Source: Vicugna vicugna
Lineage: Eukaryota
Assembly: GCA_013265495.1 (NCBI GenBank)
Contig: MU061544.1
Span: 334,214 to 398,213 of the forward strand
DNA length: 64,000 bases
Reading direction: 5' to 3'
This document shows positions 12,985-25,164 of this stretch, in pieces; the stretch's first letter is position 1, and each line of letters starts with the position of its first letter. A program made the position numbers and the translations under genes. Under the pieces are notes generated by a model. That model was not told the DNA's origin and ran no database searches. It worked only from the letters and a program-made list of their open reading frames with translations.

Positions 12985-13729
12985 GGAGATGATACGCTTA
13001 AGGAAATGGAGGCACAGAGCACAGCTGTTACTGAGGAGCAGAGTCAGGATTCAAATCCCGGTTGCCTGATTCCAGAGTCTGCACTCTTGATCCCCATGTC
13101 ATCCTGCCAATTATGGGGCCCTTTCTTGAAAGACACCATGGAGGACTGTTCTGAGGGAGAATAAGCTAAGTTTGCATACCACCTGATTAAAATTGTGTCT
13201 TTTTTTATTAATAATCTTATTTTTGATGCTACTGATATATATATATCTCCGGATACCATCAAAAATAACTCGTCCTTTTTAGTCTCAAATATGACAAAAG
13301 TGAATTGTGCTTGCATTTCCCCAGAGATCCTCAAATTCTACCCAGGGTGACTATCATGTCTGGAATTGCTCACAAGATGTTCCCAACAGGAACCTTAGGT
13401 CTAGATTCTTCAAGGTATCATCTTCTCTATCACAAGGTTAAAAAATTGATGCTGGAGATTATAAACATTAAGATCATTGAGAATCTGAGCCTCGGATGGT
13501 GCTTCAATGCGGACGAGTGAAACGAAGCCTCGGGCCCCATACTTATCTGGGAAGACTGAATAGGTGATCAAAATAATACATGTGGCCAACAAGAGGATGG
13601 GGTTAACAGACCTAAAATAACTTTTTAGTGAATATCATCTATATAACCATAATACTTTTTTTCATATGAGTTTAATTTTTTTTGATTGAACTTAAAGCAA
13701 AATACAACATTTATTCCAATTTCACCTAA

Positions 13730-14460
13730 TGTGAGATGCTGAGATCAGAGCAAGAGCAGGAAGTCAGAGCACATAAGCCATTTTAATTATTTTGGCTTTT
13801 AGACTAAGAAGGATGGGGTGCCATTGCCATTTTCTGAGTATGAAACAGAGAAGGACCCTGTGGGGTCCTCCCTGGCACAAATCCTTTCTGTGTCCCCCTT
13901 TTCTTGTTTGGAGGAAATAGGCTTCATTCAGCCTCCTTGACCTTCCCTGAGTTCCAAAGAGCAGATTCAAACAGTTGCTAATCAGGGCAGGGAGGGGATG
14001 CAGAGACAAGGGAGGGACAGTCAAGAAACAGTAGTGCTCCAACTTTTTGGTTTGTCTGGCCTCACTGCGTATCAGTAACAAGTAGAAGTATGACGCCTTC
14101 AAGCAAGTAGTAAGTGAAATACCCAGGCTGTTGTGCTGAGGATAAACAGTAGGGGTCAAAGGGCTGAACAAACGAGGTTTCTTAAGAGAATATTACAATA
14201 ATTTTGACCAAAGACTTAGAAATTTGGACCAGAGTTAAAGGTAATTTATTATCGATACAGATGGTGAAGAGTGGTTGGAATTGGTATATACTTTGAAAGT
14301 AGAGAAAATAGGGTTTGTTGTGATATAATAAGGGGGTAGTAAGAGCAAAGGAAAAAGGATGACTCTGTTTGTGAGAGGATAGAGCTGGTGGTACTTAGTG
14401 TGATGGCCAAGACTACAGCAGGTGGGGTTGGGGAGACAGGAAAGTCTTACTGAGATGATG
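13730..14460 (-). mobile_element. L2 fragments surrounding a short LTR
   Basis: L2-like motifs (GCCATTG..TTTTCTGAGTA|GAAGTATGAC; GATGGTGAAGAGTGGTTGGAATTGG.ATATA.TTTGAA.GTAGAG). Confidence 0.55.
13841..14080 (+). mobile_element. Short (240 bp) ERV1-like solo LTR, probably internally deleted
   Basis: TGAAACAGAGAAGGACCCTGTGGGGTCCTCC...CAGTAACA termini. Perfect TSD AGTA at 13837-13840 and 14081-14084. Confidence 0.8.
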
Positions 14461-15642
14461 AGGATGTTATTACTGGGACAGAGGAAGGAGGGATGGGGCT
14501 CTCACAGACATCACTGGTTCCTGAGGTCTGTCTGTCTGCCTTCGTGCCGTCACACTGTGAAGGAGGATGAGAGGTAGTGTTACCAGGAGCCTCTCAACAT
14601 GGCGTATCTGAGGCCTATTCTTTATCCTGCTGTTGAAGCAGCAGATACTTGGAAAGAGGGGCCATGATACTGGGTCCATTAGGAGTTCTAGACTCTCTTT
14701 TTCCTTCAAGCAGAGGGATAATTTCAGACTAATCTTTTCTTCATTGAATTAAGAAAACCAAAAATAAATACGCTCTTTATTTTGGAGCTTCAGCATCCAA
14801 GTACTTAAACAACAGGTTTTATTACTGAATGATCATTGCATCCCAAACAGCTAAACTTTCGATTTTCATTTGATATATACATCTAATTTGGATGCACTCT
14901 GACTTAGATAAAAAATGCATTATTAATGCATGTATATCGTTAAAGTGGATCAAGGTCAGAATACAGCAAAGAATAAATGCGAGCTTAATATATTTTATAA
15001 GCATTTGTCTTCTCTTTTCTGGCACACAGATCAGAACATTTTAGGAAAAAACTTCGATAAATGCTTAAGTGATACCATGATAATATAATTGTGTTAAATG
15101 CATTCAAGTCTCTTTTAAATATGCTATTGTATGAGTGACCAGAATGGAAATCAAAAAACAAATCAAGCAAATAATTCAAGACACATAGACCTTCTTTCAT
15201 CTGAGGAAATAGAGATATTTTAGAAAGACTGACTTTATATGACATACCTGTTGAATGCAGCAATGAATACTGACCCTTACACAGAAAGTCACACTTAAAG
15301 ACTTTAACCGCCTTAAACAAAACCATATATGATTTAATCATTCATGTTTAATAGACTCAAATAATTCACAAACCAGAATGAACACAGCTGTGCTTAGCAC
15401 TTTTTGTCACACTGTGTCTAAAAGAAATTCAAATGTCTCGCAGGTCCAGCTAAACTTTAGGATGCTTTATCCATGCATGGACAGTCATTCAGATTTGGAG
15501 TAATTAGTGTGCTGAAATGGAACTGCCATTACTTTCTGCTTAAAAAGCCCTCTCAGTGAATGAGACTGATGGAGGTGCCCTTACTTGTGCTCCCAATGCA
15601 TCTGGCGTATACCTCCATCTCAGTAATTGTCAGACTCCATGT

Positions 15643-15877
15643 CAAGGGTCTGCAAACTTTACATATAAAGTGCCAGGGAATATGTCTTTTCAGCTTTGTG
15701 TGTCATATGGTCTCTGTTGCAACTATCCAAGTCTGTCCTTGTAGCATGATAGCAGCCATAGAAGATACATAAACCAATGGGCCTTAAGAGCTACATAATG
15801 TGTTTCAATAAAACTGTATTTACAAAACCAGGTAGCAGTCCAAATACAGCCCATGGACTGCAATTTGCCATTCAATG
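15643..15877 (+). mobile_element. MER58A (hAT-Charlie MITE)
   Basis: CAAGGGTCTGCAAACTTT...GGTCTCTGTTGCAACTA...GCAGCCATAGA...CAATAAAACTGTATTTACAAAA. 8-bp flanks CTCCATGT/ATCTATGT (6/8). Confidence 0.9.
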
Positions 15878-17363
15878 ATCTATGTTCATCTTTGCAGCAT
15901 CTATCTCCTCCATTAGCTTTACTTAATAGCAGGCATCATTTCTGGTTGATATTTTTATTTCCAGAACATGAGGTAGTATCTAGAACAGTAGGTATTGAAT
16001 CAATGGTGAAGAGAATGCTAATTTCTTATGGGAATTCACTATTTCAAGTGTTCTTTATGACTACTATGATTCATTATGTCAAAATAGTGTTGAGAATGAT
16101 TCTGAAGTACTCTTTACAAATTGTACAGCCAAATGAATAAATACAACTAATGCTTATTGACTTTCTTAGTCAACATTTTTCACTGGCATAGTTTTTCCTT
16201 TAAAGTAATATTTTTTTCTATTTTTAATAGTAATACAGATTTATTACAGAAATTTAGAAATTCAGAATTTTTTTCAATGCATGGTTATCAATAAGAAGGG
16301 CAATCCTACATATTAGTCCAATGATTGTTTCAAGAACGTACATATATCTGTTGGTTTGCAACATTAAAGATGTTTACATGACCAAATTCTTAAAATGTTG
16401 CTTAAAAGTGACACCCTGTGCTCAAAAATCTTCAATAATTTTACATACAATTTAATACATACAATTTAATTCCAGATGTCTTAGTTTTAAGAACATTCAC
16501 AATTTAGCCCCAAACTATATTTTCATTTAAGTTTCCACAACGTCTTGTCTAAGCAAATTCATATCATCATTCTGCAGTAAAACACTGTCTTATCTTTGAT
16601 TTTACTCATTGTTTTCTCTACCTGGAAAGCTTTTTTTTTCCCCCTCAATACTTTCTGATTTCTAGGTAGACCCAGGTCCCTGACAACCCAGTCTGGAATA
16701 ATCATAGTCTATCCCTTATTTAAATTCTTGTAGAGTTTGTGAGCTGCAGTACTGACTTGGCACTAGCAGTCATAAAAGGATTAGTATGGACTCTTGTGTG
16801 ACACTTGCCATATGGCACGCTGAGAGTAAGGAGGGGCCGAGCTAGTAAGAAGGAAGCAAGTGGGAATGAAGCCAACTCCAAGGACAGAAGTTAGAAACAA
16901 CTCCAGGTGATGGGATAGCCAGAAATGAGGTCAAATAGAGAGAAAGGCAGAGGGATAGCACACAGCATCAGAAAATCACTTACAGATTCCCTACACCGTT
17001 GGTGCAAAGAGAAGCTGTGCTGTATGACCAAGTGGGGCTCCTGCTGTTTCCAGGGGCAGGGCAAGCGTACAGACGACCACAGACGTGTGTGATGGATATG
17101 AGGTCAAACAGACCTTGACAATCATCATAACCTGCTTTGACCACTAGTCCTTTTATATTTGTGTTTATAGCTAAAATTACATCCATTTTTCTCCACAAAT
17201 TGACTTCAAATTCCTGGAAGGTAAGCTTTAGGTTTTATATTTTACACCCACAAACCCAGTAGGATTTTGAATATGGGTGACTTTAAGTGAGAATGATTTA
17301 CTGATAGATTTAAATCTATGCTTTTTAAATAGCTAAAGTTATCTTCCTTCAAAACACATTCTT

Positions 17364-17455
17364 GGGGAGTGGGGAATAGCTCAGCGGTAGAGTGTGTGCT
17401 TAGTATGCACAAAGTCCTGGGTTCAATCCCCAGTACCTCCATTTAAAAAAAAGTA
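17364..17455 (+). mobile_element. tRNA-Ala-derived SINE (camelid vic-1-like)
   Basis: GGGGAGTGGGGAATAGCTCAGCGGTAGAG...GTCCTGGGTTCAATCCCCAGTACCTCCA plus A-tail, with Pol III A and B boxes. Direct repeats TTCAAAACACATTCTT (17348-17363) and TTCAAACCACATTCTT (17456-17471). Confidence 0.9.
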
Positions 17456-17589
17456 TTCAAACCACATTCTTGACTCAATCAGGCAGGAAGAAAGAAACAA
17501 TAATATATCTAATTTATATGCCAAAAGAAATTATTTAAGCAAAATAATCGGACCAAAAAGTAACTTCTAATGTGCGTGTACATTTTTCA

Positions 17590-17700
17590 ATATTTTTTTG
17601 ATTTATAATTAGTTTCTGGTGTACAGAATAGTAATTCTATTAACATATATACATACATATTCTTTTTCACTATAGATTACTACAAGCCATTGAATATAAA
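17590..17700 (-). mobile_element. Short L1 3' end (artiodactyl/camelid type)
   Basis: TTAGTTTCTGGTGTACAGAATAGTAATTC...TTCTTTTTCACTATAGATTACTACAAG..ATTGAATATA, homologous to the L1 3' UTRs at 27858 and 51821. Confidence 0.75.
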
Positions 17701-20700
17701 AATAAACTTTTAAAAAAGAAACAAGAAAAAATATAAAGAAAAAAATAATATGCACACATAACAATCCAAAAGGTGAGACAATATGAAAATTCTACTATTT
17801 AGCTCATTCCCACAAAGACTAGGTTAGTTTCACAAAACGTTCTCACATATCTGTTCCTTTCAGTGTCATCTGGGACTACTGACATCACTGTCAAGTATTC
17901 TTCAGTTTAAATTAAACCTTTCCTCCCATCCAGTCAGTAAGAAAGACCAGTATACTGCATATAGTCATTAAAACTGATGGAGTAAAAAAATCAAGAGCTA
18001 TCAACAAATATAGAGAAAGTACTGAATACCAGGTCTACTTGGCGAGAAAACAAGGAGGAAGCAATATGAAACTGACAGCACACTCTAATTATATTTGTAC
18101 ATGTTGCAACCTGCATTATAAAACTTTTGTTGTAGATTGGAAGTGGAGAAGAATAAACCAGATCCTGAGAACTAATAGCTGGGTAAGCTGGACTGTATGC
18201 TAGAGAACAGAATCCTGTAGAGACCACAAAAAAAAAAAAAAAACAAAAACCAGAATTTGAGGGTCTAGACATTCAGTTCTGACACTACACCCAGGAAGTT
18301 TACTAAGAAAATCGGCAAAAAGACAATGTTGTGCAGAAAAAAAAACATCACAGTTGTGTTTCCCAAGAGAGATGCAAATATGGGAATGAGATGTATTTGG
18401 GAAACTCTTGGCAGGTCCTGGACAGGCAAGTGGTAACAGCAGCAATAACTACCAGAAATGATCATGTATAATTGCTTTCTAGCAGCTAAAGCCAAGCAAG
18501 TAGAACCAAGTCAACAGATCACAATTAAACCTGAATACTGGAGCAGGGCAGATCAGGAATGCATTCATTGGAATAAGGTTAAAACAGACTTAAAATTATC
18601 ACATGGAGGAGGAAACTGCTAGAATAGACAGGCAATGGTTTGGCACTCTCTGAATTTCTTTTTACTTTTATTTTAAAAGATCCAGCTACATTAAATTATG
18701 TTTTTACATTATTGGTATCAGCCATATTAATACATAGAAGTATTTCTAAATTTGTTTTGTGACATGAAGTGCATAGTGTCAAGTGTTATTCATTGTGTTT
18801 GGTTTGCGACATGTGCATTTCAGAAAAACAAAACAAAATGACAAAACAAAAAAATAGATTGATATCACCAAAGGGGGAATAAGTTAATCTCCTAACAAAA
18901 TTTATTTAATCTCACAGTTATACCGCTGAACTGGTTAAACAAATGAAGTGCTTGCTGATCAATTTTCAAAGGAATTCCTAAAGAAATTCATAGGCTCAAC
19001 ATCTTTAAGTGATGCAATTTTTCTCTAACAGAATTTAATTACACGTAGTTAATACCCTTTTTGAAATGTAAGACTGCATTCCTCCTCCTCACTATGGTCC
19101 AACTTCATCTTATAAAAAAAGGGACAAAATAATAACTCATCTATTTTATTAGTTACTCATAAAGTATCAAGTAGTATATTTATTTCTTTGTTAAGCTCAG
19201 GAAATACCTGCTTATCTCCTTGCCACATCTGGTTCTAATGCTGCCATTAGCCTGATTCATTGCTTCCACGTTAATGTTCCAAGTTCCTTAGAACTTGTTA
19301 TCTTTTGGCTGTTTGCTTTGAAATATTTTGGGTTTCAGTTTACCTGTAAATCTGCCAAGAGTAATGATCAAGATTGATTCTTACTTAAAGTGCCCAAGAC
19401 AGTTGTGTTTAATTTGCTTAACATTAAGTAGCATTCTCAGAAGCTCAAGGTCATCATTCAGATTTTTTTTTTGTGCCAACACTTTGGAATGGGTGAGATG
19501 CCAATTGTTATATGAGTCTACTTAATTAACATTTTAAAAGTGAGCTATGTTATCACAATCGACTTTAGGTGGCATTTTAAAGGATCAAGGCCACTGAAAA
19601 TACAAAATATTTCCTATTATAAGTATCTAAGGACACATTTTATAATCAATGTGATTTCTGGACTAAAATACATATATACACAGATAATTTCTATATGTAA
19701 AAACAGAACTTTTTTCAGTCATCTACAGAAATCAGAGATAGGAAAATTATAGAGATGTCAAATACATCACTGATCTAAATATCTCATTTTAACCACTATT
19801 CTAAGCATCCACCTACTAAATTTAATAAGTAGGAACATTACAAGGTTCTCCTTTTTAAAATTTGGTCCTAAAGGTGAATGAGAAAAGGAAAAAGAAAAGG
19901 ATGATGATTAATATACAGACAAGATAATTATCTTTGAGATAATTAAGAATTGCCTGTCATGGCCATTTATTTGATTACCAGTTTAATAGCATTCACTGAT
20001 CTAAATCTTGGTCCAGAGCACCTGATACATAGACAAGTGGAGCTGCATTTGCCTACTCCTCAGCTGTAAGGGAGCCTGAAATTATTGATATATATATATA
20101 GTAAATAGTATAAACCTCCATCTAAGTAAAGTAAACTCTGGTATAAGATATTTCAGAAAAATAAACTGAAAATAGAACTTTATTTTTTAACAAAATCTGA
20201 ATTTTCAAAGGTGACACTGAAGTGAGTATTTGAATAAGACTTTTCTCAAGTGAAATAAATTCACAAACTCGTTATATACTCCAACAAGTTTGCCTTTAGG
20301 CAATCATTTCTGTAAAGATACGCTGCTGACTAGATGGAGCTCTGGAAGCCACGTGAGGGTAATGAGACACAAGTCAAAAGCATATCCCAGACTTGACCCT
20401 ACCATCCTTGCACAACTGAACCCACACCATCAATTTCCTAAATCCATACTCAGCATGTATTAGATGAGGCTATCACGCTCTATGTATTTAAGCTTGTCTA
20501 GTCAGATCTCTTTCATGAGAGCCAAACACAATTCCCAGACGATTTAGCAAAGTCATTCTCACAGAGGTTGTAGAAATGACCCAAGGACATATGGATAACA
20601 AGTGTCAAAATAGGATGGTGAGCTCCCATCTGCCTATTATCTCCTACTCATTTTATCCCACAAGGTGACAGCACATGTGTCCTGGGCGTTGTGTTTTCTC

Positions 20701-20975
20701 TCAGGGCTCTGAAGTTTGTTTAAGGCTCACAAAATAGGCCATAGAGTAAGTTGAGATTTAATCAGGCAAAAAAGGGCAAGAATATGTACTGGTTCAAATT
20801 GTTCTGGTTTTCAACCCCAGTCCCAACCTTTGCATTTGTCTTAAACAAAGGATAGTTCTACTCAGTGGATCATCATGTTACCATTTATATTAAAAGGTTG
20901 ACATTTGTCTGAGTAAGGACACCTTTACCGATGTGCGTAATTAATGCAGGAATAGTTTCAGTGAAAAAAAAAAAC

Positions 20976-21114
20976 AAGGGAGGGAGAGGGAGAGAGGGAG
21001 AGAGAAAGAGAGAAAGAGAGAGAGAGAGAGAAAGAGAGAAAGAAAGAAAAAAGGAAGGGAGAGAAAAGGAAGGGAGAGAAAAGGAAGGGAGAGAAAAGGA
21101 AAGAGAAAAAAGAA
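20976..21114 (+). repeat. Uninterrupted 139-nt polypurine tract: (GA)n plus 3 exact copies of AAGGAAGGGAGAGAA
   Basis: Read directly; the 15-mers lie at 21051-21095. Confidence 0.95.
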
Positions 21115-23473
21115 TGAATTCACTCTGCTTTATGCGCAATATGTCTCCCTTTTTTTCATACTGATTCTTGAAGCATAGAATTGCTTCTATTGAAAGTATA
21201 AAACTTCTTAATCTCCATTTTGAATATTTAGATAGTAATTTCAGTATGAAAGCATACCAAGAAAACCTTACTCTTTTTTCTTACTTTGTTTCATTTTGTC
21301 TACTCATGGTCTAAGGGTCACGTGACTTTATATTCTGTCTACAAACCAAATGCTGAGGTATTAAGGCAGAAGTTATCAGAAAGAACTAGTAAATTGTTCT
21401 TTTTTTTCCCCTCTGATACTCCTTTCAATTGGAGAATCCTCTTCATTTCAAATGGAAGAGATTTCTTTTAGTAAGAGTGTTCTGACCAGTGTAAACTGCC
21501 TAACATAGAAGCCATATTTTTTTCTCTTTTAAATTTCACAGAAATTAACCCACAAACCTGAAGATTTTAGTGCTCGAAAATAATTAATAAAGTTATGTTT
21601 TTTTCTTCTAAATGCTTCTCAAATACTAAGTAACTATTTAGCTAAACAAGTAACCTTAAACCTGACAGCTCTACTCTTGTGCTTTCTCTTTGTAACATCA
21701 TCTCTTGAGTTATGCTTATGTTTCATAATGCTGTTGAAATATAAATTATTTCAAAACTGTACCCTCAATTTTTTAGTTCTTCATATTACTATCAAATTTA
21801 CCAGGCACATTTCTACGATTTTTCTTTAGTTGGTTTTTATTACTATTACTCTATGACTTTTTAATGTAGCCTCATTAGATATACCAAGGAGACAAGTTCC
21901 ATATTTATACACCGTGCATATGCTGTCAAATTTGCATATGGCCATAGTCTTCTCCTGGGGTCACCTGCTCCTAGAATCTCTCTCCTTCGATATATCTTGA
22001 CAAACTCAATGTTCGTAACACACAGCTTTATCACCCAAAAGAAATTTAGTACCCTCTCATTGCCTAGAAGATAATGTGTAAAATTCTTAGCTTCATATTC
22101 AAGGTTCATCAACTTTTGAAAGTTATCAGTATCCACATGAGATCCCTAATCAGTCACTCTGATTTGCTCAGTCTTCTAAATAGATCTTCATATATTCTCT
22201 TCCTCCAACTTGAATAAGGTATAAAGTAAATGTATAGCTAGTATAAATAATATAGTGTATAAATAATCTAATTAGAGAATAAATAGACTGCATTATCTCT
22301 CTCTATAAAATTGTTAGTGGTTAACACAGTTCTCTGTATGTATGGTGTTTTTGAGCTCATGGGACCAAGTCATGATGGGAAATCTCATTTATATTAAATT
22401 AATCTCTTCCCTCATTCTCTTGGTCCCTACTCCCACACTGTGCTTGGATAGAAATATTAACCCTTAGTAGATACTTGTAATGTGTTTGAAGAAGGAAGAA
22501 AGGAAGGGAAGGAAGGAGGGAGGGTAAGAAGTCAAAGAAAGGATCATGAGTAGATTATTATCGAAGAAAGTTAACTACTCTATTTACTTATGTCAATCTG
22601 TTTGTAATATTATTAAAAACGACCTCAATATTTAATTCAATATACTATACACCAACAAAATACTTATCATAAAGATGAAGGCAAACAAATGGCTATGTAA
22701 AGTTACCCTTTCGAAACCAGGAAGGAGAATTAAAATCAGCAGTAATTATTGATTCTTCATATTAACTGAGAGAGAAAGGAAATTAAGGTGGATAATTCCA
22801 CTTTGGATCAAAAATGAAGGATGACAATATAGATGGTTGACTGATTATCTTGTGCAGCCTGTCAAAAGTCCTCAGGCACAGTTCTAAAAAAGAATCCAAA
22901 ACCATGTTAAAAATATCAGCATTGAAGCAAAATTACATACCATTTCACTAATTTGATCTGCCTTCTCCAAAATTAGCTCCAATTTCTGACATTGTACCAC
23001 ACCTATACATACCCTATGATTTCCAAAGTAATTGACCAATATTCTCTTCCAGGCAATCCTCGGTAATTAACACCTTATTTGGAAACTAATATGAACAATA
23101 TACTTCTAAAGTGAAATGTAAGTTGCTTTAGAAGTAAATAATTTGAACATAAAATTGTTTAGCCTGAGTCTAAAACCCGAGCATCACCCACTGTATTAAA
23201 TGAACTTTTCTTATGAAATAAAATTAGTACTCCCCATGGATAACTTAATAGTGAATTTCCTTCTAGATGCCAGCACTATGCCTAGGAAAGAACTGAAACT
23301 CATAGCTCAGGGTGGGCAAGGATCAAATTTGAAAACAATGTTAGAGGTGATAATAGTGATACCTGGTTAGCTTGTCTTTCTGACAAAATCACTTTTGTTA
23401 CACACGTTGCATTTTTTGGATAATGGATTCACAATTTCACTCCAGATTTTCTTCTATGTCTTTTACTGCATAC

Positions 23474-23873
23474 TGTGATGGACATACAGATGCACAGTCA
23501 AGATCTTTCCATGAAGGACAGAAAGTACTCCAAGATGCTTTCACTGTCAGCTCTTCAGGGACTGCCTCAGTGGCAGAGTTCCCATGGCCAAGGTCAAGCC
23601 CTTCCTAGACAGTTATGCAATGACTGACCCATCAAGTTGGTGCTCAAGGCGCCCAATGCACAAAGACTCTGCCGGGCCATCTTAGTTCCAGAATCCCCTG
23701 TGGGAGTCAGCTGAAGCGACTGTTCAGGCCAGCCATGCAGTTTGGCTTCCTCATCTGCCCTCTCCTGCTTCTTCCTTTCCTCTTCCACAGATGCACCCAA
23801 GGGAATTCTCTAATATGCTGAGATCTAAATTCAGTCTCAGAGTTGGCTTCTCAAGGAACCCAACCAAAAGGTA
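23474..23873 (+). mobile_element. LTR16-like ERVL LTR
   Basis: Starts TGTGATGG and ends TCTCAGAGTTGGCTTCTCAAGGAACCCAACC, matching the LTR16-group 3' motif. Confidence 0.75.
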
Positions 23874-24279
23874 CATCTGTAGTACCGAGGGATTTATTTC
23901 TAGAATATCTGACATGATAATATTGAGAATTATTAACCACGTTGTTTAGGTTTTCCCAGTCATATCCTTTCAATCCTTGGATCTTGCTCTTTTAAGTGCT
24001 CTATTTTTCCAGAGCTAAATAGGCAGGGGCACAAAAGTTAGAGAATTTGAAGTAGGGCACCAAGTGGGAGCTTACAAGGTGAGCCAGCAGAGCAGTGACA
24101 ACCTGTGTGACTCGCACCAGGGACTGGAGCCCTGTATTCAGCTTCCAAGTGCAAAAGGTGTGTTTTTCACCCTCGCCTTCCAATTCCCATGCAAAATGTC
24201 TCCATTAAGGGAAGGGAATTCTGAGAGACACGGTTCCAGCTCTGCTAAGCTGACACAGTACAAACACAGGACACATACA

Positions 24280-24400
24280 TAAGGTATTTAATCCTCACAC
24301 TGACCCTATTACTATCTGCATCTTATCTGCCTCTTACAGATGAAGAAAATAGGGGTCAGAGAAGATAAATAATTGGCCTGAATACATGTAGCTAGTAGTT
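24280..24400 (-). mobile_element. MIR fragment
   Basis: ATTTAATCCTCAC...TTACAGATGAAGAAAATAGGGGTCAGAGAAGATAAATAATTGGCCTGA. Confidence 0.7.
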
Positions 24401-24419
24401 TGAGCAAACTAACTTTTCA

Positions 24420-25163
24420 CAGACTTATAAGATCTGGATGAAATAAAAAATAATCATAATTTCAACCAACAGGAGAAAGAATAAAAACAGGCAGGAACTG
24501 GAGGGAAATCCACCCTTGAAAGAACATAACTGTACTTGATGAAATTTGTGAGTTTACATTTTTTTGCCTTGTAGTGTGCCTAAATCTATATACTATGGGG
24601 GCATGAAAAGCTACAGTCTAACAGAAGACAGAGTTTGGAAAAGCAGAGCAGACAGAAAGTAATCCCGGAAGTGAGGGAGCTGAGAGGGGGTGAGCCCGAT
24701 ATCCGTGTATAAAACCGACCCAGATCTTTGGCTGATCTCTAAAATACCGTAAAGACCCTATGAAGTACAACAGAAATCTCACCAGCTGTAAACTGAAAGA
24801 ACTGAATGACTGTCTCGTCTGCAGCCCACAGGGGAGACAGAACTGGGAACTCAAGTTCCTCCAAGTTGTGTCTACCTGATGGAATGAAAATTGCTGTTCA
24901 GAGGAAGAGAATCTAGAGTCTCTAGCAAATATTATTCATATCCAGTATTCAATCAAAAATCACTAGCCATGCAAAGAAACAAAAAAAAAGCTGATCTATA
25001 CTCAAGAAACAAAAATAGTCAATAAACCAACTCTGAGATGGCCCAGATTTGCAATGATCAGACAAGGACATCAAAGCAACTGTTAAACATTTTCAGGAAC
25101 CTAAAGGATAACATACATATATAAATAAACAGATGATGAATGTCAGCAGAGAAATAGAAACTA
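24420..25163 (+). mobile_element. Old L1M 5'UTR/ORF1-start fragment
   Basis: TCAAAAATCACTAGCCATGCAAAGAAACA...GAGATGGCCCAGAT...TCAGACAAGGACATCAAAGCAACTGTTA...CAGCAGAGAAATAGAAACTAT resembles the L1M ORF1 N-terminus (SDKDFK..SREIET). Confidence 0.7.
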
Positions 25164-25164
25164 T

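Larger units (their letters stand above)
12013..13095 (-). mobile_element. MIR SINE split by nested insertions
   Basis: Left part 12013-12112 (ATAATAATGGCTAACATTT...TGTGCCAAGCACTGTTCTAAG...CCTCACAA). Right part ~12985-13095 (GGAAATGGAGGCACAGAG...CAGAGTCAGGATTCAAATCCCGG..CCTGATTCCAGAGTCTGCACTCTT). Confidence 0.75.

Noticed and set aside
13764..14171. Longest ORF in the track (135 aa)
   Set aside because: It runs antisense across the short LTR and L2 flanks, has a non-ATG start and shows no recognisable domain.
17371..17441. Genuine tRNA-Ala/Thr genes (also at 33565-33635, 45345-45407, 49655-49730)
   Set aside because: Extra G-rich leader, A-tails, TSDs and mismatched stems mark them as SINE copies.
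19767..20006. Exact 14-bp direct repeat TCACTGATCTAAAT (19767-19780, 19993-20006) as the TSD of an unknown insertion
   Set aside because: The enclosed ~210 bp has no poly(A)/(T) tail, terminal repeats or recognisable element; it cannot be distinguished from chance without orthologues.
20885..21164. Arg/Glu/Lys-rich and Leu/Ser/Phe-rich ORFs
   Set aside because: These are translations of the polypurine simple repeat.
24020..24190. Possible hAT-Tip100 fragment
   Set aside because: Only weak resemblance by eye; termini and TSD are not definable.
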